64,000 nt of DNA from Blepharisma stoltei ATCC 30299 (taxonomy: Eukaryota > Protista > Ciliophora), in NCBI GenBank assembly GCA_965603825.1, contig CBFDEM010000003.1:434001-498000 (forward strand), given 5' to 3'. Both the position numbers and the translations under genes were made by a program. The notes under the pieces were generated by a model, which worked only from the letters and a program-made list of their open reading frames with translations, had not been told where the DNA came from and searched no databases. Below are positions 49,855-60,365 of this stretch, in pieces (positions within the stretch are counted from its first letter, which is position 1; every line of letters starts with the position of its first letter).

Positions 49855-49891
49855 TTTAAGCATCGAACTGCGACACTTTCCAAAACAATAT
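49855..49891 (-). promoter_or_regulatory. Candidate calmodulin promoter element
   Basis: The plus-strand pattern TTAAGCAT-N5-TGCGACA lies ~30 nt upstream of both CaM genes (also 48640-48659). A 22/23-nt copy of 49869-49891 lies at 48957-48979. Confidence 0.45.
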
Positions 49892-50129
49892 GGTGGCGAG
49901 GGTAATAAATCTATATGAATTGAGAGGGAAGGTTTTGGAATTATTTGAGTATTTGTTAAGAATGGGAATAATGTGTAAAATAACTAGTAATTTTAGAATG
50001 AAAATCAGGATTTTTAAAATAGCTTAGCGTTCTAAATTAAATTAAAATTAATAGTCTAAATCAAAAAGATGCTGACGCTTGGCAGGTAATTATGTGAAGC
50101 TGCGGAAGAAAACTAGAATGTTTGGTTCT

Positions 50130-50345
50130 TCCTGACAAGATATGAAGAAATCGAGATAGCAAATCTTCGGAGATTCTATGAGCCAAGTGATGACTTTTTT
50201 AATAGAAAGGAAGAAATAAGTAATCTAGCTAGCCTATTCAAAAAGGAATTTTTATTCTAACTGGCCTACAAATTGTGGAAAATCAAGGTTTGCTACTATA
50301 ATTTCTAAAATATTTGAACCAATTGATCCTAACTACTCATAAAAT
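50130..50345 (+). pseudogene. Frameshifted relic of a P-loop ATPase (archaeal ATPase_2/STAND-like N-terminus)
   Basis: Reads DDFFNRKEEISNLASLFK / GIFILTG / PTNCGKSRF across two frameshifts. Degenerate sequence may continue to ~50900. Confidence 0.45.
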
Positions 50346-51321
50346 GCGCTCAATAAAAGTAGAAAACAATAAAAATGACGCTTTGGTTGCACAACTGGCT
50401 TACTCATTTAATAGGTATCTCACTTTAATGCAGCGCCTTAAAAATACATTCTTTGATAAAAACTACAGCAAAGAGCATATTATGCTTTAATATCAAGTCT
50501 TTAACTCCTTTGATATCAGAAATTGAGATCTTATCTTATCTTCAATTTACTTCAAGGTAAAATCCAATAGAAATTTCTGGTACTGGATTTAATAAGATTT
50601 TTGAAAGAGCTACTTATAATTTAATGAATTTATTTTTGCCTTAAGCTATGAAGATGAAACTATAGCTGAAAATAAAATATTAAGATATAGGAAAAAAGAA
50701 TATCAATGGATCTTTCTAGGATATCACAGCAAATATTAATTAAAGCCAAGTGAAAGCAAAGCGTTGATAACAATATATTAAATGCTGTTAAAACAAGACT
50801 ATGCCTCTAGGTATTTCTTGATATGGTATTCGGCAATGACATAATAATAAAGCTGCTTAGAAGTAATTTATTATATTTTGAAAGAGGGGATTGTCCCAGA
50901 AAGGAGAAAGGGCTGTGGAAGAAGTTATAACCTTGAACGCTCCAAGCCATAAATTTGCAGTTAATAAGCTTCTCAATATTAGAAGGTTACAAAAGGTAGT
51001 CAATCTATTAATCTTTAACAATCTAATAATCTTGACTTTTTATTTTATTTACTTCTATTAAAATTGCTTAAACCTTCAAGATTCTTCTTGTCTATATAGA
51101 GAAATATGAAAATTTCGAGTTTTCATTTTTGATTCGATTTCTAAAAACAAAAATATAAATATTCTGCTATTTACTTTGTAATAGCAAGCAAATAATTCAA
51201 AATCGATTACATTTTTAAAAATCTCCCACTTCTCTAATTCTCTCTATAACTCCTCCTGATATTTTTTCTTTTCAAATTTTCTAAAATATTAATCGATTTC
51301 TCTTACAATTTAAACAAATAT

Positions 51322-51654
51322 TTATTTATTAGATATATCTATAATATCACCATCCAAACTGATAATCTTCCCATCCATTAATGGACGTAACTTTTCAAGC
51401 TCCGCCATAAAGTCAAGATTATCCAATTCGTACTCTTCTTCGACCTCCCCATTGTTTTCTTCCTTTCCCTCGTTTTCTTCTTCTATTTCCACATTTACAA
51501 TGTCACCTTCTGTGTTAATGATCTTCCCTTCCATCAAAGGACGTAATTTTTCAAGCTCAGTCATGAAATCAAGTTCGTCGAGTTCATTTTCTTCTTCGTC
51601 ATTCTTATAGTAACTGGTAGTGTCTTCAGGAAGGTTTACATTTTTTGTTTCCAT
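51322..51654 (-). CDS. Small acidic protein with a duplicated ~35-aa motif, 110 aa
   Basis: ELDELDFMTELEKLRPLMEGKIINTEGDIV and ELDNLDFMAELEKLRPLMDGKIISLDGDII, 156 nt apart, with synonymous and conservative changes. Confidence 0.65.
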   Translation of the reverse strand: METKNVNLPEDTTSYYKNDEEENELDELDFMTELEKLRPLMEGKIINTEGDIVNVEIEEENEGKEENNGEVEEEYELDNLDFMAELEKLRPLMDGKIISLDGDIIDISNK

Positions 51655-52401
51655 TTCGTGGGCTTGATTAATTAATTATAATGAAATTTATTATAATCGG
51701 ACGAAATTGGGATTTTTTTAGAGATTTTAAACTAATATTCGGGAAAATATAATTTTGATTATAAAAATTGCTTACTATGTAATAAAAACAGAATCAGCAA
51801 GAATATTAATATTTAATAATTTAAAGATATTAAGAGCTAAATATAATGCTAAACCCTTATATTTTGTCGATTGGTTTAAGTAATGAATCAGGATCTGCAA
51901 AATTATGGCCTACAGATGACCATTCCAAATATGTCCATCCTTTATCAAGACCTATAATTTCTTCACGATTTATAAAAATTGCTTTCTTTTGGAGGCTTCT
52001 ACTTGGCTTTCTTTTTTCGATCAGTGTTGATATATTTCATACTTTTACAATCCCATCATCACCGCTTGACACAAGATAATTTTCACAATATGAAAAAGTA
52101 ACATTTTTTATCCCTGATTTATGGCTGTGAAAAATTGATATAATTTTTTCATCTTCAAAGTCTCAAAGATATATAAACTCTTGGGAAAATCCGATAGCCA
52201 TATATCTTCCAAAAGGAGACCAAGAAATGCTAGAAATAGGTTTATTAAAAAAGTATACACTATAAAGTAGCTTTTCAGTACCAACATCCCAAATTTTTAA
52301 AACTCAATCCAATCCTCCAGAAGCAAGATAATTCCCACAAGAGCTATATGCAAGGGTATTTTCAATATCTGTTAATCCTAACTGTTTACAAAAATTCTGA
52401 T

Positions 52402-53244
52402 GATTTACACCCGACTGTTTGGGCTTTTTCCTCTTTTTCCATATTTTTTCACCACTTTCCATTTCCTCCCTTACAATAGCTTTCGCCCCCATTCAGATTT
52501 TTAGCCTTGCGTATTCTTTTGTCTTTTTGGTCTTTTTGGTCTTTTTGGTCTTTTTGGTCTTTTTGGTCTTTTTGGTCTTTTTGGTCTTTTTGGTCTTTTT
52601 GGTCTTTTTGGTCTTTTTGGTCTTTTTGGTCTTTTTGGTCTTTTTGGTCTTTTTGGTCTTTTTGGTCTTTTTGGTCTTTTTGGTCTTTTTGGTCTTTTTG
52701 GTCTTTTTGGTCTTTTTGGTCTTTTTGGTCTTTTTGGTCTTTTTGGTCTTTTTGGTCTTTTTGGTCTTTTTGGTCTTTTTGGCTTTTCTGGCTATTTTGA
52801 TTTTCCAGGCTTTTGGTCTTCTTGCTTTCCACCTTCACCCACTCGACGACCTCTATCGGTACCTGATTGATGGATCCTGTGGCTAGGATCAGCTCTCCAG
52901 CATCCAGAATCTCACCTTCTTGTCCAGCGAGCCAGAGTCTCAGAAACTCCGCTTCGTCCGTTCCTTCTTCAACAGATTCAACTTCATCATCCCAGGCTTC
53001 TTCTCCCAGGCTTTTTCTTCGAGTTCATCTTCCAACATTTTCATTTGCAGGTCAAGAAAGTCTATTTCATCCCACATTTCTTCATTTGAGCAAAATTCAT
53101 CGGTTTCTGAATCAGTTTCGTCAAAAGGCATTGACACAATCTCACAATCCTTGACAGAGAGTCGAGGCAGATTTTTTGTGTTTTTCCTTTCTATTCATAT
53201 TTGGAAAATTGAAGAGAAAAATAAAGAAAACTATTAAGAGATTT
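52402..53244. mobile_element. Insertion (IES-like or retroposed segment) flanked by GATTT direct repeats
   Basis: Non-WD40, relatively GC-richer sequence between GATTT at 52402-52406 and GATTT at 53240-53244. Deleting 838 nt restores the WD40 frame. No terminal inverted repeat seen. Confidence 0.6.
52521..52781. repeat. Perfect 9-bp tandem repeat (GTCTTTTTG) x29
   Basis: Read directly; encodes (KDQ)n on the minus strand. Confidence 0.97.
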
Positions 53245-55391
53245 GTTGAAGAAGTCAAATCTATTCATATTTTTAATGACAAATCACTACTTGATGATGC
53301 AAATCCATTGAATTCAGATTTCGGAGACCAGACTATGCATGTGATTTGCTCTTTATGACTTCCAATTGTTTTCAGTCAAATTCTATTGTCGGCATCTCAT
53401 AGATCGATTTGATTTCGTCTGGAAGAGAGTAAAAGATTTGAATGAGGAGCAAAAGATATTGAAATAGAGTCTTTAGAGTTCTCTAAGGTTTCTTGAGAAA
53501 AATTTTGATTCAAGAATATCAATATTATTGATGTTTTTCATCCGGCATAAGCAATAATATTGCTATCATGTGATAAAGATATGGCAGTTACTTGACACTT
53601 TCGTGTACTAATTTTTTTGATAAGCTGATAAGTATTAAAATCCCATATCATAAGACAAAGATTGTCCACTGATGCCAAAATTTTACTACATTTTGATAAA
53701 GAAACAAAAACTGATCCAGGGGTATGCCCATTCTCCAAATTTTGTTTTTTAAGTCTTGAAACAACTAATTTCCTGCCAGGACCTCCAGATGCTATATAAT
53801 TTCCACAAGGACTCTGTGATAAAGACTTAACTATTCCATTAAGCCTGCTAATACTGCCATTATTTTTACTGTCATCTATTTTTCAAATTTTTATTGGAAT
53901 TTCTGTATTTCAAGAAATTATTTTTTTCCCATCATGAGAAAAACAAAGACAGCCTGCAAAACTTTGAAAAATTGAGATTCTTTCTTGAGGATTTATTTTC
54001 CATAGCTGAATTCTATTCTTTTTACCACTTCACGCTAGATATTTTCCACATGGAGAAAATGCAATTGCTCTACTTCCTTTTGTATTGAGGTGATTATATA
54101 TGTTTTTTTGCTTGTCAATTTCTCATATCGATTTTTTAGCTGAAATGTCTCAAATTGTTATTTTTGGGAAAATATTGGTAAAACCTAATAAATTGCTATT
54201 TGGAGACCATGAAAGTGACTTAATTTTAGCACATTTAAGCTGAATTGATCACTCAATTTGATGCTTAGAGACATTTCATATAATTATAAATAAATCTTTT
54301 CCACTTGAAGCTATATATTCTCCATTTGGCGAAAATTCAACAGAAAGGACTTCTTTGGTGTGTCATTTATAATCGTGAAGCAAATTAAATGTGCTTAGAC
54401 TCCACATTTTTATAGTAGAATCTTTACTTCCAGATATTAAATACTTTAAACAAGGAGAAAATGATAAAGACGTAACATCTCGTGTGTGACCTATAAGGTC
54501 TGCAGTTTTTTCTCAATTGTCTGTATTTTGTCATATAGTTATATTTTTTATATCGGCATTTGACGCTAAAAAATTTCCACATCTTGAATATGCTACCGCC
54601 TTGATTTTGCATCTTGTATCCAGCTGAACTTTTCAGCCAAAATCAGCCTGATTTAAATTAGTATTGGAGAACTTTGACAAATAAAACGTCGATCATGAGA
54701 AATTGGCTTGATTTAAATCAGAATTCTCAAAATCTGTATTGATAAAAACACAATTTGATAAATCAGCTTTTGGGATTTTTACATTAGAAAAATCTTTATT
54801 AGTGAATAAAAATCCACTTTTCTTAAGGACTGTTGCTGAATTACTTGATGCTAGATTTATTTCATCTGAATCTCTTGACCATATTATAAATTGATAAAGT
54901 TTGTCTTTTAAATCGCTTGACAAGTCCATTTTCAGGACTCTTTTTATTCCGGAAAATGTAATTTTGTTGAAATATGAATCCCTTAAGGACTTTAGTGAGT
55001 TTCAGCTTCCAATGTCATTTTTAATTTTATCTGAAATTGACTGATAAATATTTTTCTTTGATAATAAATTAAAAAAAACAGTTTTTTGAGTTTTATTAGA
55101 AGTTGATTGATATTGTGTTACATCAAATTTAGTCCCTCTCTTCGGCAGTAATCGCCAACCTTCTAATATACCCCAAGCATCTTTGCATTTTTCTTCTGAA
55201 AAATATTGGCATTCAAGATTTTTTGAAACTTTTTATAATAAAACAATAAATAATGATCTTTGTTGGTTCTTGAGCCATCCTCAGGATTAATTATGATATT
55301 TTTCTGGACTTTTCTAATATTCTCCATGCAAATTTCTCATAAATTATTAAAACATTCTAAATTATTTACTCATATAATTTTTATTTTGATT

Positions 55392-56255
55392 TTATCCAAG
55401 AGTAAAGTTGCTTCTCCCTCCAGGCGGATTGCTCACTCTTACAGACGGCTTCATATCAAAATCCTGCTGATAATTCGGACTAGCTCTGGGCTCTTCTTGT
55501 CTATAATTCTGCGGAGGCTGATAGCCTTGTTCTCTCTGATAAGGATCATACTGGTTTGGTCTAATATAAGGATCAGGCGGTCTTTCTCTTGTCCCATGTC
55601 CTGATCTTTGAATAGGAGCTCCTTGATACCCCATTTCTCGCTGAAACATATCAGGTCTTTGAACAGGTGGAAACTGATTTATATCAGGTCTCTGATACAT
55701 GTCACCCCTCTGCATTTGTGGGCTCTGGAACATTGGTTCTTGCCTCTGCACAAATTCAGGCCTTTGAACTTGCTCTATTCTTGTAGGCTGTGAATAATTT
55801 TGCAGACCTTGATTATTGTTTGACATTTGCTGCCTTTGGTAATAATTTGGAGGGGATTCTTTCATAAAATGATTTCTTGCCATGTCAGGCTGATTGTAAG
55901 GTCTTGGATCTGGGGGTTGGCTATATAAATCGACTTTGAAATTAGGCATAGGTAGCTGAAATTGGTCTTGGGGAGGGTATTCATCTCTCTGTTGGGGTGC
56001 TAACTGAGGCTCGCTATTGAAATTAGGGAAATTTTGCTGAAAACCGGGGAAAATGTTTTTTTCTTGCCGGATCGGAGGTTGTTGATTTGAAAAAATATTT
56101 GAGATTGGCTCCCTTGGAGGGGCGTTATTGAATCTTTGAACAGGAGGTCTTGAAGGCTCGTCCCAGCCCAAGCTAATACTTGAGCTCCCTCCTGGTGGCT
56201 GATGCATTTTCACTGAAGTATGCCCCACTCCATACTGAAACTGACTGTCGCTCAT
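55392..56255 (-). CDS. Q/P-rich protein with terminal Jupiter/HN1/SPIRAL1-like PPGG motifs, 287 aa
   Basis: HTSVKMHQPPGGSSSISLG at the N-terminus and KPSVRVSNPPGGRSNFTLG at the C-terminus. Confidence 0.75.
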   Translation of the reverse strand: MSDSQFQYGVGHTSVKMHQPPGGSSSISLGWDEPSRPPVQRFNNAPPREPISNIFSNQQPPIRQEKNIFPGFQQNFPNFNSEPQLAPQQRDEYPPQDQFQLPMPNFKVDLYSQPPDPRPYNQPDMARNHFMKESPPNYYQRQQMSNNNQGLQNYSQPTRIEQVQRPEFVQRQEPMFQSPQMQRGDMYQRPDINQFPPVQRPDMFQREMGYQGAPIQRSGHGTRERPPDPYIRPNQYDPYQREQGYQPPQNYRQEEPRASPNYQQDFDMKPSVRVSNPPGGRSNFTLG

Positions 56256-56553
56256 ATTATCTTAATTATCTAAAATTATCTCATTAAGCTCTTTTCATTC
56301 TAAATATTTATTAATTGATTTATAAGTAACAAAAATGAAATGATCTATACCTTCAATAATTTATTTAATAAAATAACAATATTTTGATTTGTTTTAACTG
56401 CTATTTGTGTATTTTTTTCAAAAAATTGTTTATAAGCCTATTCTTAATCATTTTTATCTTATCTTTTAAAACCCTTATTTTATAAAAATAAACATTTCAG
56501 CATCTCATTTTTATTCCTGTAATTAATTCACTTCTCTAATAAAGAAATTTTGC

Positions 56554-58014
56554 ATGGAAATTATCATGTCAAGCACAATGCGAACTCCTCGCCTCAAACC
56601 TTTATCACTAGACAGCGGCAACCGCCTAAATTCTACCTTTCACAGCAGAAATTTATCAAATGCTATCCATAACCGCAATGCAACAATGACCATCTTAGAT
56701 GTCCCTACTTCTCCTACGTATGATATTTCTACTACAAGAACAGAAGAAAAACAAGAAATCGCGGGCCAACTCAAACTCTTCAAAAGAAACCTCGACAAAA
56801 TACGATACTCAGGATCTAAAGGAATGACACTGTATGGGACTTTAAAAAAAGAGCTTGAATATTTAGAAAAAATTGAAACAAAAAAGCTGTTTTGGCAAAA
56901 ACAAAACCAAAACAGGGTAAAAACTCTAGAAAAAGAAATAGAAAATGTAATTAAAAGCCAAGATGATGAAAATGATAACAGAGAAATTTATTTGCATTTA
57001 CTTGACAGGATGAGGGATACCAAGGTGTATTTAGAGATAAAATATTTAGACCATGACATTAGCTTAAATAAGCAAGGATCAGCTTTAAAAAAAGAAATAA
57101 AAAAATCTCAGCAGGCTAATGAATCAAAATCAAGAAGCTATTATGGGTATAAAGATTATAAATATGAAATATCTAGAGATGAAAAAGAAAGGTTAAGGCA
57201 AATAAATAAAATTGACGCAAACATGAAGTCAGCTCAAGAAGACTCTATGAGGAAAGAAGAATACAAAAAGAGAAGGGAAGAAATGCTAGAAAGAGCGGCT
57301 ATTGAAGACAGAAGCCGACAAGATGTCCTTCTAAGAGAGTCGGTAATGCTCCACAGACTCTGATATAACGCTATGACTATGAAATTTACTAAAGAAATGC
57401 AAAAAAATAGCATTTATGAGAACGCTTATCAGCGAATAAAAATCACTACAGGGCTCCAGGAAATTAGCCAGATCGTTGAAAATTTTTTAACAAAGGAGCA
57501 GACTTATAAGTCCTTAATGGTCGCTGTCAATCAAAAAGAGGTAGAATGCAATTCTTATAGACAAAAAATTGATGAAATGCAGAAGAATGTGTCTGATATC
57601 GCGATGCATGATATGTCAGAGCTAAATAGCGAGTCTAAAAGCCAATTTAATAGTCTGAGAAAAGATTTTGGGGTAATTCAGGAGAAAAGGATAGAAATTT
57701 TGAATAAAAAAATAAAAATTGTGACATGATTGAAGAAGACTTTAAATAGAATGAAAGCATTAGACAATAACCAGACAGATTTTGGGCTTAATGAAAATTC
57801 TAGCATAAAGGATTATATTATGGCCGTTAAAGAACAAGCTCATGAAATAATAAATCAAGAAAAAATAAAAATTATAGAGAATATTGAAGAAGACAAGAAA
57901 AAGAAAATTGCTAGCATTATTGAAGAAATTCCAAAAGAAAAATTATTAGCAGTATATGAAGATGGAAATTTCACAGGCTCTGATTTAATTGGAATAGAAA
58001 ATTCTGAACATTAA
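56554..58014 (+). CDS. Coiled-coil protein, outer dynein arm docking complex (ODA-DC)-like, 486 aa
   Basis: Three same-frame ORFs joined across TGAs at 57361 and 57727. Motif YENAYQRIKITTG..SQIVENFL.KEQTYKSL..VNQKE. Confidence 0.65.
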
Positions 58015-58022
58015 TTAACATT

Positions 58023-58400
58023 TTAATCATTATGAGCCATATTTATATGAGATTTAAGTGCCCATTCCCTGAAATTCACTAAAGCCCCACAGTGCTCACA
58101 TTCCAAGTATTCTGTACTTTTTGTTGGCCTAAAGAAAAATACTTGTTCTGCTGTATTCGTAAAGCTGACTCATTCAATCCTATCTTCTTTAGGCTTTGGT
58201 GTTTTCCCTTCATATATATCATAAGCATCTTTAAGTCTTTTTATAAACTGAAAGACCTCTTTATTGCTGCCAAATTCCAACGAGTCAATTACATTTTTTA
58301 AATCTCTAGAAGCCTCAATGATTTTTTCATATGTGTATCCTTTTTCTTGTAAATTCAAGAATAAAGCTTTCTTTTGGCCTGCAAGATAAGACAAATCCAT
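58023..58400 (-). CDS. Small protein with C-terminal C2H2 zinc finger, 125 aa
   Basis: Reading through TGA 58172-58170 adds YLECEHCGALVNFREWALKSHINMAH before TAA. Confidence 0.72.
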
Positions 58401-59269
58401 TTCCCCCTTAAATTTAATAATTTTTCATTTTATAATAAATAAGATGAAATTCGTCTTACAGAAGTACTTATACATGCTGAGGAAAGACCGTTCCACCTGA
58501 AGAAACATGGTAACAAGCATTTTTTCGCAAACGGGGAATGAGCTATTTTTTTTGTTTTGTGTTAGTTTGCATGAATTCAGTGTGTGGGCAATAAGTAGAA
58601 GAGAGAAAGATTTGAGAGACAAAATTAAAAATTTACAGCTTTATAAGCAGAAACTAGTGGAAGAAAATATCCCAATAACATAAGCATTTTATCTATTTTC
58701 TTTGAGTTTTAGATCTCATTATTTTAAATATACTGTGTTGGAAAATTTAATTCAATGTTTCAGATGTTTTTTAAGTTTAAGACCCTAAAAGCAAAATTTT
58801 TAACACAGAATATTAAAATCAATCTTAAATGCATCTAAATAATAAAATTTCATAAAATCAATTTTTCTAAATATCTAAAGTATTATTGATTTTGTATGTT
58901 CCAATAATAAACTTAAACTATTTACAATTTGATAATTTTGATGAATTATTCATGCTATGCTCTTTTTATTATTTCGAAAAAAATTAAATTTATTTTTATT
59001 TCAAACAATTTGATACTTTTGCTGACCAATTTACATCCTAATATATAAGATGACTCCAATAAAGAATTTTTTTATTTATATTATTTTTGGCAAAACTAAT
59101 ATCGCCAAAAGATATAATTTTTTGATTATTTAATAATCAACCCAACTCTGGGATTTAAAAGTCTATTTTCTTCACTTTTTATCCCTCATTCCCATCACCA
59201 AAAAATGCCATACAATTTCCTCAACCCATTTCTAATCGCTAAAATATTTCATTTTTCATAATTTAAAAA

Positions 59270-60319
59270 ATGCAAAGTAAGGCGGGAGATTGTGATTCCC
59301 CAACACTAAAACGATCCAAAATTCATGCAATGCTTCAACAGCCAGATGTCCGTGACAAAGTGCTTGAGTCCTTAGCTTCCCTTCACATCCCATCTCATAC
59401 TCCATGTCTCAAGCTAGAGATTGCAGAAAATCAAGGTAAGCGTTTTTCTATGGAGCAAAGTGATGTGACCAATGTTTTCGAAGAATTCGGCGAAATCCAG
59501 AGTCTGCGTGTTTTTGACAATATCGCTCTTGTGCTATACAAAGACATTGTGTCAGCTTATTTCGCCCAAAAAGTCCTTGATGGGCGCCAATTGCCAGGAT
59601 TTAATGTGGTTTTGCAGGTAAGCTGATACCATAACCAAGATGAGGCTTCACGTATCCCTCTTCAAGATTTGTCATTAAATACCCCAGAAATCCAGCAGCC
59701 TGTAAAATACACTTGTAGATTTGACATTCAGATAGAAAATGACAAAGAATTCCAAGTTGCTAGAAGACTAATTGGTCCAAGAGGCTCAAATATGAAAAAA
59801 ATAGTTGAGAGATGCTGCAAAGGTGCACAAGGCCAAGCTCATGATATAATTAAACTAAGGCTACGTGGCCGAGGTTCTGGCTTTAAAGAAGGCCCAGACA
59901 AAGAAGAAAGCGATGAGACCTTGCATATGTGTATAAGCTCAAAATTTGAAGAAAAATATGAAATTGCAGTCAATGAAGTGGAAAAATTAATTAATCAAGT
60001 TTATGCGGAATATAAAGATTATTGCTTAGAAAAAGGGAGACCTGACCCTCAATTAAAAGCAAAGAAAATTGAAAATATTTCAGGGAGAACTGTGAGTTTT
60101 CCTGTAGAAAAAATCAAGGAAATTGAAGAATTGGATTCTTCAGAAATTGATATTGCTGAGCTGATTGATATTAGAAATGAAGCCAGAAGACAATGCAATT
60201 TCCAGGAAGCGGATAGGATTAGAGAGATTTTGAGGAAAAAAGGAGTCATTTTGACTGATGAAAAAGGGGCAAGAGGAAGAGGAAATGAAGTTACTTCGTG
60301 GAAACATAAGAAAAATTAA
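59270..60319 (+). CDS. RRM + KH RNA-binding protein with C-terminal CysRS anticodon-binding-like domain, 349 aa
   Basis: RRM (VFEEFGEI..ALVLY..SAYFAQKVLDG..LQVS*); KH (RLIGPRGSNMKKI, KLRLRGRGSGFKEG, LHMCIS); IAELIDIRNEARRQCNFQEADRIREIL..GVILTD..TSW. Confidence 0.8.
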
Positions 60320-60365
60320 TAGCTCATATGAATATTTAATAAGGTAATCAGAGATACAAAAAGTA

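Larger units (their letters stand above)
51857..54929 (-). pseudogene. Pentapeptide-repeat + WD40 gene (~744 aa) interrupted by a ~0.83-kb insert
   Basis: With TGA=W the frame from 54929 gives SNSATVL..KIPKADLS..DFENSDLNQANF, then WD40 blades (GHTRDVTSLSFSP..SGSKDSTIKMW). WD40 sequence resumes in another frame below 52406 (LASGGLDWVLKIWD..SSGDDGIVKVW) and runs to TAA at 51859-51857. Confidence 0.8.

Noticed and set aside
52419-52886. Plus-strand (FLV)n and (SFW)n ORFs, or a CRISPR-like array
   Set aside because: These are translations of a perfect 9-bp tandem repeat with no spacers.
53190-53272. 13-bp direct repeat TCTATTCATATTT 70 nt apart as a separate short IES
   Set aside because: Removing it does not rejoin the WD40 halves. 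The larger 829/838-nt deletion explains the locus better, though the repeat could be microhomology linked to the insertion.
58440-58505. Possible C/D-box snoRNA (AAGATGA...CTGA...CTGA)
   Set aside because: Box C is imperfect, there is no clear terminal stem and I could not verify a target. It would need an Infernal or snoscan search.
59618-59633. GTAAG as a tiny-intron donor removing the TGA in the RRM-KH gene
   Set aside because: There is no AG at 15 or 16 nt, and V-S-W fits the last RRM strand with the frame intact.
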